In this document: piece by piece, positions 8,375 through 21,112 of the stretch
How positions within the stretch are numbered: the stretch's first letter is position 1
How the letters are laid out: each line of letters starts with the position of its first letter
Assembly (NCBI GenBank): GCA_965225735.1
Contig: CBDDBN010000025.1
Span: 169,963-201,962 of the forward strand
Direction of reading: 5' to 3'
Origin: Denitrobaculum sp.
Lineage (GTDB): Bacteria; Pseudomonadota; Alphaproteobacteria; Kiloniellales; Kiloniellaceae
Length of the DNA: 32,000 nt
Position numbers and translations under genes: made by a program
The notes under the pieces: model-generated
The model's input: the letters and a program-made list of their open reading frames with translations, nothing else
Database searches by the model: none
Told to the model about the DNA's origin: nothing

Positions 8375-9667
8375 TTACGCGGCGATGAACTCGTTCCATT
8401 TGCGGACCATGTACTTGTTCTCGTCCATGACCGCGTTCCAGCAGGCGACCGCCCCCATGCGGTCGTAGAAGGATCCGCCGTCACGAACGGCGCCGGCCTT
8501 CTCCATAACTTTGCCCTGCGGATTGACGATATCTTTCTGAGCGCTCTTGCCCTCGAACCAGAAACCCCACTCGTCTTCGGTCATGAAGTTCTTGGAGGTT
8601 TCCGGCACGGCGGAGTAATAGCCCTGACGCATCAGGAAGCCACCGACCCAGCCGGAGAGATACCAGTTGATGTACTCATAGGCCGCATCGAGTTCGAGGC
8701 CCGAGAGGTTGGCGGAAAGACCGATACCGCCACCCCAGGAGCGATAGCCTTCTTTCAAAGGTTGATAGACGCAAGGGATGCCTTTGGAGCGCACGGCGGT
8801 AATGGCCGGCGACCACATGGATTGGATCACGACTTCGCCGGAGGCCATCAGGTTGACGCTTTCGTCGAAGGACTTCCAGAAGGCGCGGAACTGGCCGTTC
8901 TGTTTGGCCTCGGTGAAGATCGCCATGGTCTTGTCGATCTCTTCCTTGGTCATGTTGCCCTTATCGCCGTATTTGATCTCGCCCATGGCTTCGCAAACCA
9001 TGGCGGCATCCATGATACCGATCGAGGAGATATCCAGGATCGAGGCCTTGCCCTTGAACTCAGGATTGAGCAGTTCGGTCCAGCTCTCGATCGGACGTCC
9101 GATCAGGTCGGGACGAATACCTAGCGTATCGGCGTTATAGATCGTCGGGATCAGGGTCATCCAGCCGGATTCATTATCCACGAAAGACTTGCCGCCGGGC
9201 CCTTCCACGAAGCCCACGCTGTGCGGCGCGGTGCCCTGCGCGATGGTCGATTCCGGCGTCAGCTTGCCGTCGCGGAAGATGCCCACGATCTTGTCGTAGT
9301 TCTTGATCTTCGAGGTGTCCATGGCCTGCAGATTGCCGGCGCCCCAGACCTTTTTGCAGATCCAGTATTCAATATCGGCGATATCGAAGCTCTTCGGCTG
9401 CGTGGCCGCGCGTTGTGTGACGCTATCGGAATCCAACGCTGTCATTTCCAGCGTGAAGCCCAAATCTTCCTTCACCTTGGCCGCCACCTCATTGAGGTTG
9501 GAAACGCCCGTGCCGAACTGTCTCAGGGTAATGTCCTTGATGTTCTGTGCCCAGATGGTCGGAAAGCCTGTGACAGCACCCGAACCCAAGGCCACGCCGG
9601 CCGCAGCCGCGCTTCCCTTCAGAACGGCCCGGCGGCTGACACCCTTTTTGAAGTCCCCTGTTTTCAT
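8375..9667 (-). CDS. ABC transporter periplasmic substrate-binding protein (PotD/PotF-like) with twin-arginine signal
   Basis: The start is trimmed to ATG at 9667, preceded by AAGGAGA. The N-terminus MKTGDFKKGVSRRAVLKGSAAAAGVALGSGAVTGFPTIWAQ is a Tat-type signal (SRRxxLK). The rest resembles family-1 solute-binding proteins of the polyamine type. Confidence 0.85.
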   Translation of the reverse strand: MKTGDFKKGVSRRAVLKGSAAAAGVALGSGAVTGFPTIWAQNIKDITLRQFGTGVSNLNEVAAKVKEDLGFTLEMTALDSDSVTQRAATQPKSFDIADIEYWICKKVWGAGNLQAMDTSKIKNYDKIVGIFRDGKLTPESTIAQGTAPHSVGFVEGPGGKSFVDNESGWMTLIPTIYNADTLGIRPDLIGRPIESWTELLNPEFKGKASILDISSIGIMDAAMVCEAMGEIKYGDKGNMTKEEIDKTMAIFTEAKQNGQFRAFWKSFDESVNLMASGEVVIQSMWSPAITAVRSKGIPCVYQPLKEGYRSWGGGIGLSANLSGLELDAAYEYINWYLSGWVGGFLMRQGYYSAVPETSKNFMTEDEWGFWFEGKSAQKDIVNPQGKVMEKAGAVRDGGSFYDRMGAVACWNAVMDENKYMVRKWNEFIAA

Positions 9668-9725
9668 TGCAAGATCTCCTTGTATTGGATTGATTGTTTT
9701 AGATTTTCTGCTTCTGCGGCAGATC

Positions 9726-10754
9726 TCATGCTGCGAGCCTGTGGGCGTCCTCCTGCTTCCACTGCAGGGTGACGCTTTCGCCGATTTCAACTGGCTGCTC
9801 GAAAAAGAGTTCATCGCGCAGGGTCGCGGTCAGGAGGCCTTTGGACCCGCCGTCCAAAGCGACGTTGACCGTTGTTCCCAGGAATTCGATATCCCGCACC
9901 TGCGCTTCCAGAACGCTGGCGACATCGATCTCTCCACCCTGACTTTGCGCGCGGATCTGAATACGGTCCGTCCGGATCGCGATCGGTCCTTGCTCCGTCT
10001 GGACGACATTGTGTCCACCGATAAAGCGGGCAACAAACTCCGAACGCGGCGCGTTAAAGACTTCATGCGGCGTTCCTGACTGCTCGATCACCGCCTCGTT
10101 CATCACGATGATGTCGTCTGCGAGTGCCAGCGCTTCGTCCTGGCTGTGAGTCACATGGACGAAAGAGATGCCCAGTTCGCGTTGCAGCTTCTTGAGTTCC
10201 GCGCGCATCTTGGTGCGTAAGAAAGGATCGAGAGCCGACAGCGGTTCGTCGAGCAGAAGAATGGAAGGTTCCGTGATCAGGGCCCGCGCCAGCGCCACCC
10301 GCTGCTGTTGCCCGCCGGAGAGCTGAGCAGGCAGACGATCCGCATAGGCCTCCATGTGCACCAACTCGAGCAACTTCATCGCATCGGCCCGGCGGATTTC
10401 CTTCGCGACGCCCTGCATTTTCTTGCTGAACGCGACATTGTCGACGACGGACAGATGGGGAAAGAGCGCATAGTTTTGGAACATCATCGCCGTACCGCGC
10501 TTGGCCGGCGGCAGATCGGTGATGTTGACGCCGCCCAAGACGATATCCCCAGCCGAAACCACCTCGTGACCGGCAATCATGCGCAGCGTCGAAGACTTGC
10601 CGCAGCCCGACGGCCCCAGCAGACAGGAGTAGCTGCCCGCTGCGAATTTATGATTGATCGCGTTCACCGCGATCGTCTCGCCGTACGCCTTCGTGACAGT
10701 CACAAGTTCGAGCGTGGACAAGGTCGATCCCCCGAAAAGAGTCCCTCTGCTCAC
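9726..10754 (-). CDS. ABC transporter ATP-binding protein (PotA-like, with C-terminal TOBE-like domain)
   Basis: Walker A GPSGCGKSS, signature LSGGQQQRVALARAL and Walker B ILLLDEPLSALD are present. At 342 aa it has a ~100-aa C-terminal extension typical of PotA/MalK-type importer ATPases. Confidence 0.9.
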   Translation of the reverse strand: MSRGTLFGGSTLSTLELVTVTKAYGETIAVNAINHKFAAGSYSCLLGPSGCGKSSTLRMIAGHEVVSAGDIVLGGVNITDLPPAKRGTAMMFQNYALFPHLSVVDNVAFSKKMQGVAKEIRRADAMKLLELVHMEAYADRLPAQLSGGQQQRVALARALITEPSILLLDEPLSALDPFLRTKMRAELKKLQRELGISFVHVTHSQDEALALADDIIVMNEAVIEQSGTPHEVFNAPRSEFVARFIGGHNVVQTEQGPIAIRTDRIQIRAQSQGGEIDVASVLEAQVRDIEFLGTTVNVALDGGSKGLLTATLRDELFFEQPVEIGESVTLQWKQEDAHRLAA

Positions 10755-10887
10755 TGAATTGCAACGGCTATGCCAAGGTTTGAATTTCTTTTTAACCGTT
10801 GATTTTACTTGATAATTTTTTCCACCTCTGGAGCAGAACCAACATTGCTGTCTAAAAAACCATCATTCTGCACACGATTCAAGCAGT

Positions 10888-10901
10888 AATCGTATACGAT
10901 T
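10888..10901. promoter_or_regulatory. Candidate GntR-family operator: perfect 14-bp palindrome AATCGTATACGATT
   Basis: The palindrome is perfect and sits in the 301-bp divergent region between the ABC operon and the GntR gene. It fits the GntR/FadR operator shape (..GT-n-AC..). An extra ACGATT half-site lies at 10874-10879. Confidence 0.45.
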
Positions 10902-11055
10902 TTTTCTTGTGCCTTTTCGTGACCGGGTCTATGTCCATTAGGGCTTGCTGGCTCATGTGCTCGCTGGAGACCGCAACTTTCCAGTTGCCCCTCTGTCGAA
11001 GAAACGCGATCAAGCATCACACTGTGTGACAGAGCCCGTTTGGAGATTTTTGGAA

Positions 11056-11808
11056 ATGTCCTCGCCCGCTGCCAAGTCAGGGACGGCCTCAGCGAAACCC
11101 TCTCGCGTTGAGGGTTTTGACGGCGCTTTTTCCCTGCCGCCGGGACGCGCGCTCGGCATTTGCCTGCAACTACAAAACGCCATTATCGAGCACCGCCTGC
11201 ATCCGGGCCTTAAGCTTTCGGAAGACGAAGTGGGCGAAATTTACGGCGCGGGCCGCACAGTGGTCCGTTCAGCGCTGCAGGCCCTCGCCCACAGCGGCCT
11301 GGTAGAGATCAAACGCAACCGCGGTGCCTATGTGGCCAAGCCGACTGTTCGCGATGCCCATGAGGTCTTCGAAGCCCGCGCATTGATCGAACCGGAGGTC
11401 GCCCGCCTCGCCGCGGGTAAGATATCCGACGCAGACCTGAAGCGCCTGGAGCAACACATCGAGGCCGAACACCAGGCCCTTGCCGAGAAGAATATGGGCA
11501 AGGCCCTCGCGCTCTCAGGCCTCTTCCACATCGACATCGCCGACATCGCCGACCACAGCGTCTACGCCGCGATGATCCAATCCCTGATCACCAAGTCGTC
11601 GCTGATCATCGCCCTCTACTGGATGCGCCCCGACACCACCTGCGAAAGCCACGCCCACCACGCCCTCATGGACGCCCTCGCCGCGCAGGACGGCGATGCG
11701 GCACATGCGGTCATGCGCAGTCACCTGATCGATCTGCACTCAGGACTGAATTTGAAAGGCCAGCCGAAGCAGGAAACGTCGCTGGCAGAGGCGTTGGCGG
11801 GGGGGTAG
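11056..11808 (+). CDS. GntR-family transcriptional regulator (FadR/FCD subfamily)
   Basis: The start is trimmed to ATG at 11056, with GGAG 11 nt upstream. The HTH is LKLSEDEVGEIYGAGRTVVRSALQALAHSGLVEIKRNRGAYVAKP, followed by a helical FCD-like C-terminal domain with His residues (HIEAEH...HHALMDAL...). Confidence 0.85.
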   Translation: MSSPAAKSGTASAKPSRVEGFDGAFSLPPGRALGICLQLQNAIIEHRLHPGLKLSEDEVGEIYGAGRTVVRSALQALAHSGLVEIKRNRGAYVAKPTVRDAHEVFEARALIEPEVARLAAGKISDADLKRLEQHIEAEHQALAEKNMGKALALSGLFHIDIADIADHSVYAAMIQSLITKSSLIIALYWMRPDTTCESHAHHALMDALAAQDGDAAHAVMRSHLIDLHSGLNLKGQPKQETSLAEALAGG

Positions 11809-11899
11809 ATGAAATCATACGAGCTTGGGAACTTAGGAATTTCCGGCGTGAGCCCAACTCCATCCACAGTCGGCGTTCGCGAAACACAGTGTTGCAATG

Positions 11900-12736
11900 C
11901 TAAGAAAACGAGCGCCGCAAAACGTTACTCAGGTTGTCGACGAGTGTCACAGCGATCAGGATGACGATGAGGATTGCTCCGACCTGCGGGTAATCCAAGA
12001 GCCGCAGTGAGCCAACGAGTTCCGTTCCAATCCCTCCAGCGCCAACCATTCCCATAACGGTCGATGCCCGGAAATTGTATTCCCAGCGGTACATGCTGAC
12101 ATCCGCAAACTGCGGAAAAACCTGCGGGAGGACAGCGTGGGTGACCACCTGCATTTTTGTTGCGCCGGTCGCCTCGGCGGCTTCGATTGGGGCGGGATGG
12201 GCGTGCTCGATGGCTTCGGCGAAAAACTTGCCAACCATGCCGACGGAGTGAAGACCGAGTGCGAGCACACCGGGCAGCATGCCGAAGCCAACGGCTGCAA
12301 CAAAGACAATCCCTAGGATCAATTCGGGAATGGAACGCAACGTGTTCAGGACGAGGCGCGCCGCATGATAGACGGACTTGTTTGGCGCCGTATTCGAAGC
12401 GGCGAGAAAGCCCAGCGGCAGGGACAAGACTATGGCCAGCGCCGTACCCGCAACAGACATGGCAACGGTATCGATAAGGGGACTGATCCAGGCGCGCCAG
12501 CGGGTAAAGTCAGGCGGCACCATTTCCCCGAAGACGATGGAAATGGCCGGAATGCCTTCCGCCATGCGCCCCGTGTTTAAAAGCTCTGTGACCCACATGC
12601 ACATAAGAATAAAGACGATGGCGCCGACAACCTTTGCAAGCCGCGTAAAACGACCACGCCTCTCCAGGTCCAAAACGGCGCCGATTTCATCGTCACGGCG
12701 GTCAAAGGACGGAACATCCGCCATTGCCATCTCCAC
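11900..12736 (-). CDS. phnE: Phosphonate/phosphite ABC transporter permease (PhnE / PtxC-like)
   Basis: 278-aa polytopic ORF with the PhnE-like loop IEAAEATGATKMQVVTHAVLPQVFPQF. It is the third gene of the phnCDE-like operon. Confidence 0.85.
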   Translation of the reverse strand: MEMAMADVPSFDRRDDEIGAVLDLERRGRFTRLAKVVGAIVFILMCMWVTELLNTGRMAEGIPAISIVFGEMVPPDFTRWRAWISPLIDTVAMSVAGTALAIVLSLPLGFLAASNTAPNKSVYHAARLVLNTLRSIPELILGIVFVAAVGFGMLPGVLALGLHSVGMVGKFFAEAIEHAHPAPIEAAEATGATKMQVVTHAVLPQVFPQFADVSMYRWEYNFRASTVMGMVGAGGIGTELVGSLRLLDYPQVGAILIVILIAVTLVDNLSNVLRRSFS

Positions 12737-12780
12737 AAATTCGCCCGGCGGCGCGAAACCGCCGGGCGGGCAAGAACTGC

Positions 12781-13665
12781 TTATTTCACGTTTGAGCGGA
12801 TATCGCGGATGATGTCATAGTCTTTGTCCGCAATCTCGGCGAAACCATCCGACTTGAACGGCTTCAAGACGGCATCACCTTCCGGCGTACCTTTTTTGAG
12901 GCTATAGAAAGCAGTGCGCAGTTGATTGCGGACATCTTCCTTCAGATCGGTGCGCAGCACCCAGGGGTACTGTGGGATGTCGGCTGAATAGGTCAGGACT
13001 TTCACCTTGGCCGGGTCGATCTTGCCCTTTTCGACGAGGCTTTCGAAGATCGGGCGGCTAAGGCCACCCACCTGGGCGTTTCCGCGCTGCACGTTGATGG
13101 CGACAGCATCATGGGCACCCAGGAAGTTCTGCTTGTAGTCCTTCCCATGCTTCACACCAGCGAGCTGCATAGTGTATTTCGGCGCGAAATGACTGGATGT
13201 TGAGGCCTGATCGCCAAAGGCAACATCGACGCCAGAACCCTTTATGTCGTCGATACTTTCGATACCGCTTTCCGCATTCGCGATAATCACTGACTGATAG
13301 GTTGTCGCACCCCCTTTGAGGCGTGCCGCGAAGGGTTCGATATCCAGCTCGCCACCTGCCATTTTCTCTTTGGCAATGGTGTAAGAAGCCGGACCGAAGT
13401 AGGCGATATCGATCCGGCCGAATCGCATAGCCTCAATCATGGAAGAATAGTCCGTGGTCACGATAAGCTCGATGGATTTGCCAAGCTTGTCTTCCAGGTA
13501 ATCTTTGAGACCTTGATTGTCCTGGATCACCGTTGCGGCATTTTCATCCGGCAACAGAGCGACCTTTAGTTTGTCCGGGTTGTAGTCACCGGCCAGTGCA
13601 AAACTGGCCCCAAAGATGAGGCTCGCGGCAGCAGCCACAGTTGATAGGAACGCACGACGTTTCAT
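12781..13665 (-). CDS. phnD: Phosphonate/phosphite ABC transporter periplasmic binding protein (PhnD / PtxB-like)
   Basis: 294-aa ORF with a signal peptide (MKRRAFLSTVAAAASLIFGASFALA). PhnD-family patterns are present: LKVALLPDENA, YSSMIEAMRFGRIDIAYFGPASY. Confidence 0.85.
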   Translation of the reverse strand: MKRRAFLSTVAAAASLIFGASFALAGDYNPDKLKVALLPDENAATVIQDNQGLKDYLEDKLGKSIELIVTTDYSSMIEAMRFGRIDIAYFGPASYTIAKEKMAGGELDIEPFAARLKGGATTYQSVIIANAESGIESIDDIKGSGVDVAFGDQASTSSHFAPKYTMQLAGVKHGKDYKQNFLGAHDAVAINVQRGNAQVGGLSRPIFESLVEKGKIDPAKVKVLTYSADIPQYPWVLRTDLKEDVRNQLRTAFYSLKKGTPEGDAVLKPFKSDGFAEIADKDYDIIRDIRSNVK

Positions 13666-13726
13666 TTTCAGTCTCCCTCAGTTCGTCGTCTCCGAAATGA
13701 GCAAACCGGACGCGGTCTGCTCGAAA

Positions 13727-14527
13727 CTATGTGCCGTAAATGCCTTTGAGGACCGTCTCCGTCAGCCTTTCCGGCCTGTCGTCGAAGACGACGTGTCCGC
13801 TCGAAAGGCCGATGATCCGGTCTGCAAATTCTCGGGCATATTCCAACTGGTGCAGGCTGACGATCACCGGGATCTTGTCTTCCTTGCAGATCTGCTTGAG
13901 CAGCGAGAGCACGCGGCGGGACGAGGCTGGATCGAGCGAAGCCACCGGTTCGTCCGCGAGGATCATGCGCGGCTGTTGCGCAAGGGCGCGGGCGATGCCG
14001 ACGCGCTGTTGCTGACCGCCGGAAAGGCTATCGCAACGCACCAGGGCCTTTTCGAAAAGCGACACGCGGTCAAGACATTCCAGCGCAATCCTTCGCTCGT
14101 CAGCGCCCAGGGGCAAAAGCGTGCGCCAGAAGGAATGTCTACCAAGCCTGCCGGTCAGCACATTTTGAAGTGCGGTTTGACGTCCGATCAGCTGGTGCTG
14201 CTGAAACACCATGGCCGTCTCGCGGCGGTGTTCGCGGATGGCCTCTGCGGTCCCAAGCTCGCCTTTGTCGCGTACCGAGATCGTCCCGCCCGTCGGCTTA
14301 ACCAAGAGATTCATAGAGCGAAGAAGGGACGATTTTCCAGCGCCTGACGGCCCCAGAAGAACCGTCACAGAGTCATCGTCGATGTCGAGAGAAAGAGGTG
14401 ACAGCGCCACTGTGCCGTTGGGGTAGATAACCTCAACATCCTGAAGGCTGATAATGGGTCGCCGAGTCTCTTCGGATACCAGCCGCGTATCGCGCATCTG
14501 AATTGCGAAGCTTGCCTGGGTGTTCAT
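13727..14527 (-). CDS. phnC: Phosphonate/phosphite ABC transporter ATP-binding protein (PhnC / PtxA-like)
   Basis: Walker A GPSGAGKSS, signature LSGGQQQRVGIARAL and Walker B ILADEPVASLD. At 266 aa it is the first gene of the operon and has GAGGAG upstream of the ATG. Confidence 0.9.
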   Translation of the reverse strand: MNTQASFAIQMRDTRLVSEETRRPIISLQDVEVIYPNGTVALSPLSLDIDDDSVTVLLGPSGAGKSSLLRSMNLLVKPTGGTISVRDKGELGTAEAIREHRRETAMVFQQHQLIGRQTALQNVLTGRLGRHSFWRTLLPLGADERRIALECLDRVSLFEKALVRCDSLSGGQQQRVGIARALAQQPRMILADEPVASLDPASSRRVLSLLKQICKEDKIPVIVSLHQLEYAREFADRIIGLSSGHVVFDDRPERLTETVLKGIYGT

Positions 14528-14565
14528 GTGCCACTCCTCATAGGGAGTTCACTTAACATTCTAAG

Positions 14566-14583
14566 ATGTAATTCAAATGACAG
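14566..14583 (-). promoter_or_regulatory. Pho-box-like direct repeat (CTGTCAT-TTGA-ATTACAT on the minus strand) upstream of phnC/ptxA
   Basis: Read on the minus strand, the site is two 7-nt repeats spaced by 4 nt. The first is a perfect CTGTCAT and the second matches 4 of 7. It ends 39 nt upstream of the phnC start, consistent with replacing a -35 element. Confidence 0.35.
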
Positions 14584-14638
14584 TTGATTTGTTTTTTACA
14601 ATTTATTAGATCTTGCAAATCTTCAGACTGCAGAGCAG

Positions 14639-15649
14639 ATGAGCGCGATGTCCCCATACAAAATCGTTGTTGCCCAACCGGTTGAGAAGGATGTGATCGA
14701 CGATCTCTCCGCCCTCGGCCCCGTTTTCATGAATGAAGGCCCTGAGCCTCTTGTGAAGGACGCATTACACCAGCACTGCACAAACGCAGCCGCCTTGATG
14801 GCCTTCATGACCGAATGCGTGGATGAAAGCTTTCTCGACGCCTGTCCGGATTTGAAAATTGTGGCGGGCGCGTTGAAGGGGTTTGACAACATCAATGTTG
14901 ATGCCTGCTCGCGGCGCAACATTGCCGTTACCATCGTCCCGGACCTTCTGACCGAACCCACGGCCGAGCTCGCCATCGGGCTCATGATCGGCGTGTCACG
15001 CCACATGATACCGGCAGATCACTACGTTCGGTCGGGGCAGTTCGCCGGATGGCGGCCACGCTTCTATGGAAGCTCCATTCAGGGCGCAACGGTCGGTGTG
15101 GTAGGCGCCGGGCGCGTGGGTCAGTCGATACTGAAACTGCTCGAAGGCTTTCGTTGCAAGCGGCTTTATTTTGATCACGAGGCCTTGTCACCAAGCCAGG
15201 AACTGGCATTGAAAGCCACATACGCACCGTTGGATGAGTTGAAGACGCAGTCTGATTTCCTCGTGCTCGCCCTGCCGCTCACGGACGAGACGATGGGGCT
15301 CGTGGATCAGAACTTTATCGATGGCATGAAGCCGGGCAGCTATCTCATCAACCCGGCCAGAGGCTCTCTCGTCGTGGAAAGCGCCGTGGCTAACGCTCTG
15401 GAAAGCGGTCATCTTGCCGGTTTCGCCGCGGATGTTTTCGAGGCCGAAGACTGGGCGCGGGCCGACCGTCCTGACAAGGTGCACGCGAGCCTTCGACAGT
15501 CGGACCGCACCATGCTCACGCCCCATATCGGATCGGCGGTGACCGATGTGCGCAGGGCTATCGTTCGCTCTGCTGCGGACAGCATAAATTCCGTCTTAAG
15601 CGGTACCTTCCCAGCGACAACCATCAATGCCGATGCGCTGAAAGGGTAA
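14639..15649 (+). CDS. ptxD: NAD-dependent phosphite dehydrogenase (PtxD; D-isomer-specific 2-hydroxyacid dehydrogenase family)
   Basis: 336 aa, the same length as I remember for Pseudomonas stutzeri PtxD. It shares long blocks with that protein as I remember it: ALKGFDN.(D/N)VDAC, VPDLLT.PTAELAIGL, (F/Y)VRSG.F.GW.P.FYG, NP.RGS.V, ADVFE.EDWARADRP, TPHIGSAV. The NAD fold is VGVVGAGRVGQS. It sits next to a phnCDE-type importer. Confidence 0.85.
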   Translation: MSAMSPYKIVVAQPVEKDVIDDLSALGPVFMNEGPEPLVKDALHQHCTNAAALMAFMTECVDESFLDACPDLKIVAGALKGFDNINVDACSRRNIAVTIVPDLLTEPTAELAIGLMIGVSRHMIPADHYVRSGQFAGWRPRFYGSSIQGATVGVVGAGRVGQSILKLLEGFRCKRLYFDHEALSPSQELALKATYAPLDELKTQSDFLVLALPLTDETMGLVDQNFIDGMKPGSYLINPARGSLVVESAVANALESGHLAGFAADVFEAEDWARADRPDKVHASLRQSDRTMLTPHIGSAVTDVRRAIVRSAADSINSVLSGTFPATTINADALKG

Positions 15650-15653
15650 GAGC

Positions 15654-16550
15654 TTGGTGAACCTCACATTCGTCAAAAGCTTTGTCACCCTTGTCGAAAC
15701 CGGCTCCTTTCAAAAGGCTGCCGAGCGCCTGAATCTCGCGCAACCAACTCTGTCGCAACACATTAGCAAGCTTGAAGAAAGTCTTGGCGTCCAACTGATC
15801 GAACGCCGGCGCGTAGGGAGTCGCGCCACACCCGAGGGTGAGACTGCGCTGGCGATCGCAAGAACGTTGCTGACGACCGCTGAGCATATGGTGCAAGCGG
15901 TGAAGCATGACTTCGTACGGATAGGCGCCAGCAGTAACATTGCGGAATACTATGTTGCCCCTGCCCTTTCGCAGCTTGAGTTAGCGGATGGGCAGACGCT
16001 TCAATGGCAGATCGAGCAAGCCGACAACCCCAGTCTGATTCTGCGGCTAAGAGACGGCTTGGTCGACATTGCGATTACCGAATGGGAACCGGATGAACAG
16101 GGCTTTGAGTCCCGTTTCTGGCGATCCGAAGAGATGGTCATTATCCTGCCGCCAGAACACCGTCACGCCTCTCAAAGCGAAATATCCCTGGCCGATTTGT
16201 CGGCGATACCGATGATTGGCGGCGGTCAGGGCACGGGCACGGGCACCCTTCTGCGCGAAGTTTTGGGGCCCAAGGCTAACCAGCTCAAAACCAGCGTTGC
16301 CATGGGCTCGACGCAGGCGGTCAAGAGCGCCGTAGCATCGGGCCTGGGCTGCTCGATTGTTCTGCGCGGTTGTGTGGAGACTGACCTGAAAGCCAAGGCT
16401 TTGGCAGCTTTGACGCTGAAGGGCTATGAGCTCCGAAAGTCCTTCTACATTTCCTTTTCAAAGGACCGATACAACCATCCCGCCATTCAAAGCTTTATGA
16501 ATGGACTGATGGTACCTTTCCCTAAAACTCCACGCCTTTCTGTGCCTTGA
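15654..16550 (+). CDS. LysR-family transcriptional regulator (PtxE-like by position)
   Basis: HTH FQKAAERLNLAQPTLSQHISKLEESLGVQLIER, followed by a LysR substrate-binding domain. The track start is TTG at 15654; GTG at 15657 is equally possible. It begins 5-8 nt after the ptxD stop. Confidence 0.85.
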   Translation: MVNLTFVKSFVTLVETGSFQKAAERLNLAQPTLSQHISKLEESLGVQLIERRRVGSRATPEGETALAIARTLLTTAEHMVQAVKHDFVRIGASSNIAEYYVAPALSQLELADGQTLQWQIEQADNPSLILRLRDGLVDIAITEWEPDEQGFESRFWRSEEMVIILPPEHRHASQSEISLADLSAIPMIGGGQGTGTGTLLREVLGPKANQLKTSVAMGSTQAVKSAVASGLGCSIVLRGCVETDLKAKALAALTLKGYELRKSFYISFSKDRYNHPAIQSFMNGLMVPFPKTPRLSVP

Positions 16551-17201
16551 CGCCCTGCTCCCGGAAGGGGTGTTTAATCTGCGTCATCTCCGTAACCAGG
16601 TCGGCGACCTCGATCAATTCGGGCTTGGCGTTGCGGCCGGTGACGATGACATGCAGGTCTTCGGGCCGGTTGTCGAGGAACTCGACCACCTCTTCCAGCG
16701 GCAGGTAATCGTAGCGTAGGACGATATTAAGTTCGTCCAGCAAAACCATGTCGTACTTGGGTTTTTCGCCATTTGACTTATCGACCCGACAAGCTTCGAT
16801 CATTTCCTTGGAGACTTCCCAGGCGCGCTTGGCGGCGGCGATGTCGCGGGCACGGTCCTGGGTATCCCAGGTGAAGCCCTCGCCCATAGTACGGATCTCG
16901 GCCAGGTCGGGGAAACGCTCCAGGACCACCCGCTCGCCGGTCTCCCACTTGCCCTTCACGTATTGCACCACGCCAACGCGCATGTCGTTTCCGATGGCCC
17001 GGGCGACCAGGCCGAAGGCGGCGGTCGACTTGCCCTTGCCTTTACCGGTGTGGACGATCAGGAGGCCCTTTTCCTCGGTCTTGGTCGCGAGCATCCGTTC
17101 GCGGGCGGCCTTGCGCTTGCGAGCTTTTTCGTTGGCCCGTTCGTTGATCTCGTCCTCGGTCAGTTCGCTCCTGGGTTTGTCGCTGGTCTGATCATTGGCA
17201 C

Positions 17202-17205
<4 letters not shown>
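16522..17205 (-). CDS. cobO: Cob(I)yrinic acid a,c-diamide adenosyltransferase
   Basis: 227 aa. LLIVHTGKGKGKSTAAFGLVARAIGNDMRVGVVQYVKGKWETGE and LLDELN match the CobO/BtuR P-loop family. The start overlaps the cobN stop (ATGA at 17202-17205). Confidence 0.9.
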
Positions 17206-21029
<3,824 letters not shown>

Positions 21030-21112
21030 GGATGCTCTCGCCCTTCACGCCGATTGGTGCGTCCGGGCTCATGGATCCGGACACCCTTTTTACCTTATCC
21101 CGCAATCGCCCC

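Noticed and set aside
9668-9814. 49-aa N-terminal extension of the binding-protein ORF
   Set aside because: The extension overlaps the end of the ATPase gene and lacks signal-peptide character. The ATG at 9667 has an AAGGAGA Shine-Dalgarno and starts a Tat signal.
10805-11020. 71-aa minus-strand ORF between the ABC operon and the GntR gene
   Set aside because: It lies in an AT-rich divergent promoter region, overlaps the palindromic operator candidate and has no convincing RBS.
13616-14347. 243-aa plus-strand ORF
   Set aside because: It is antisense to phnC, which has complete Walker A, signature and Walker B motifs.
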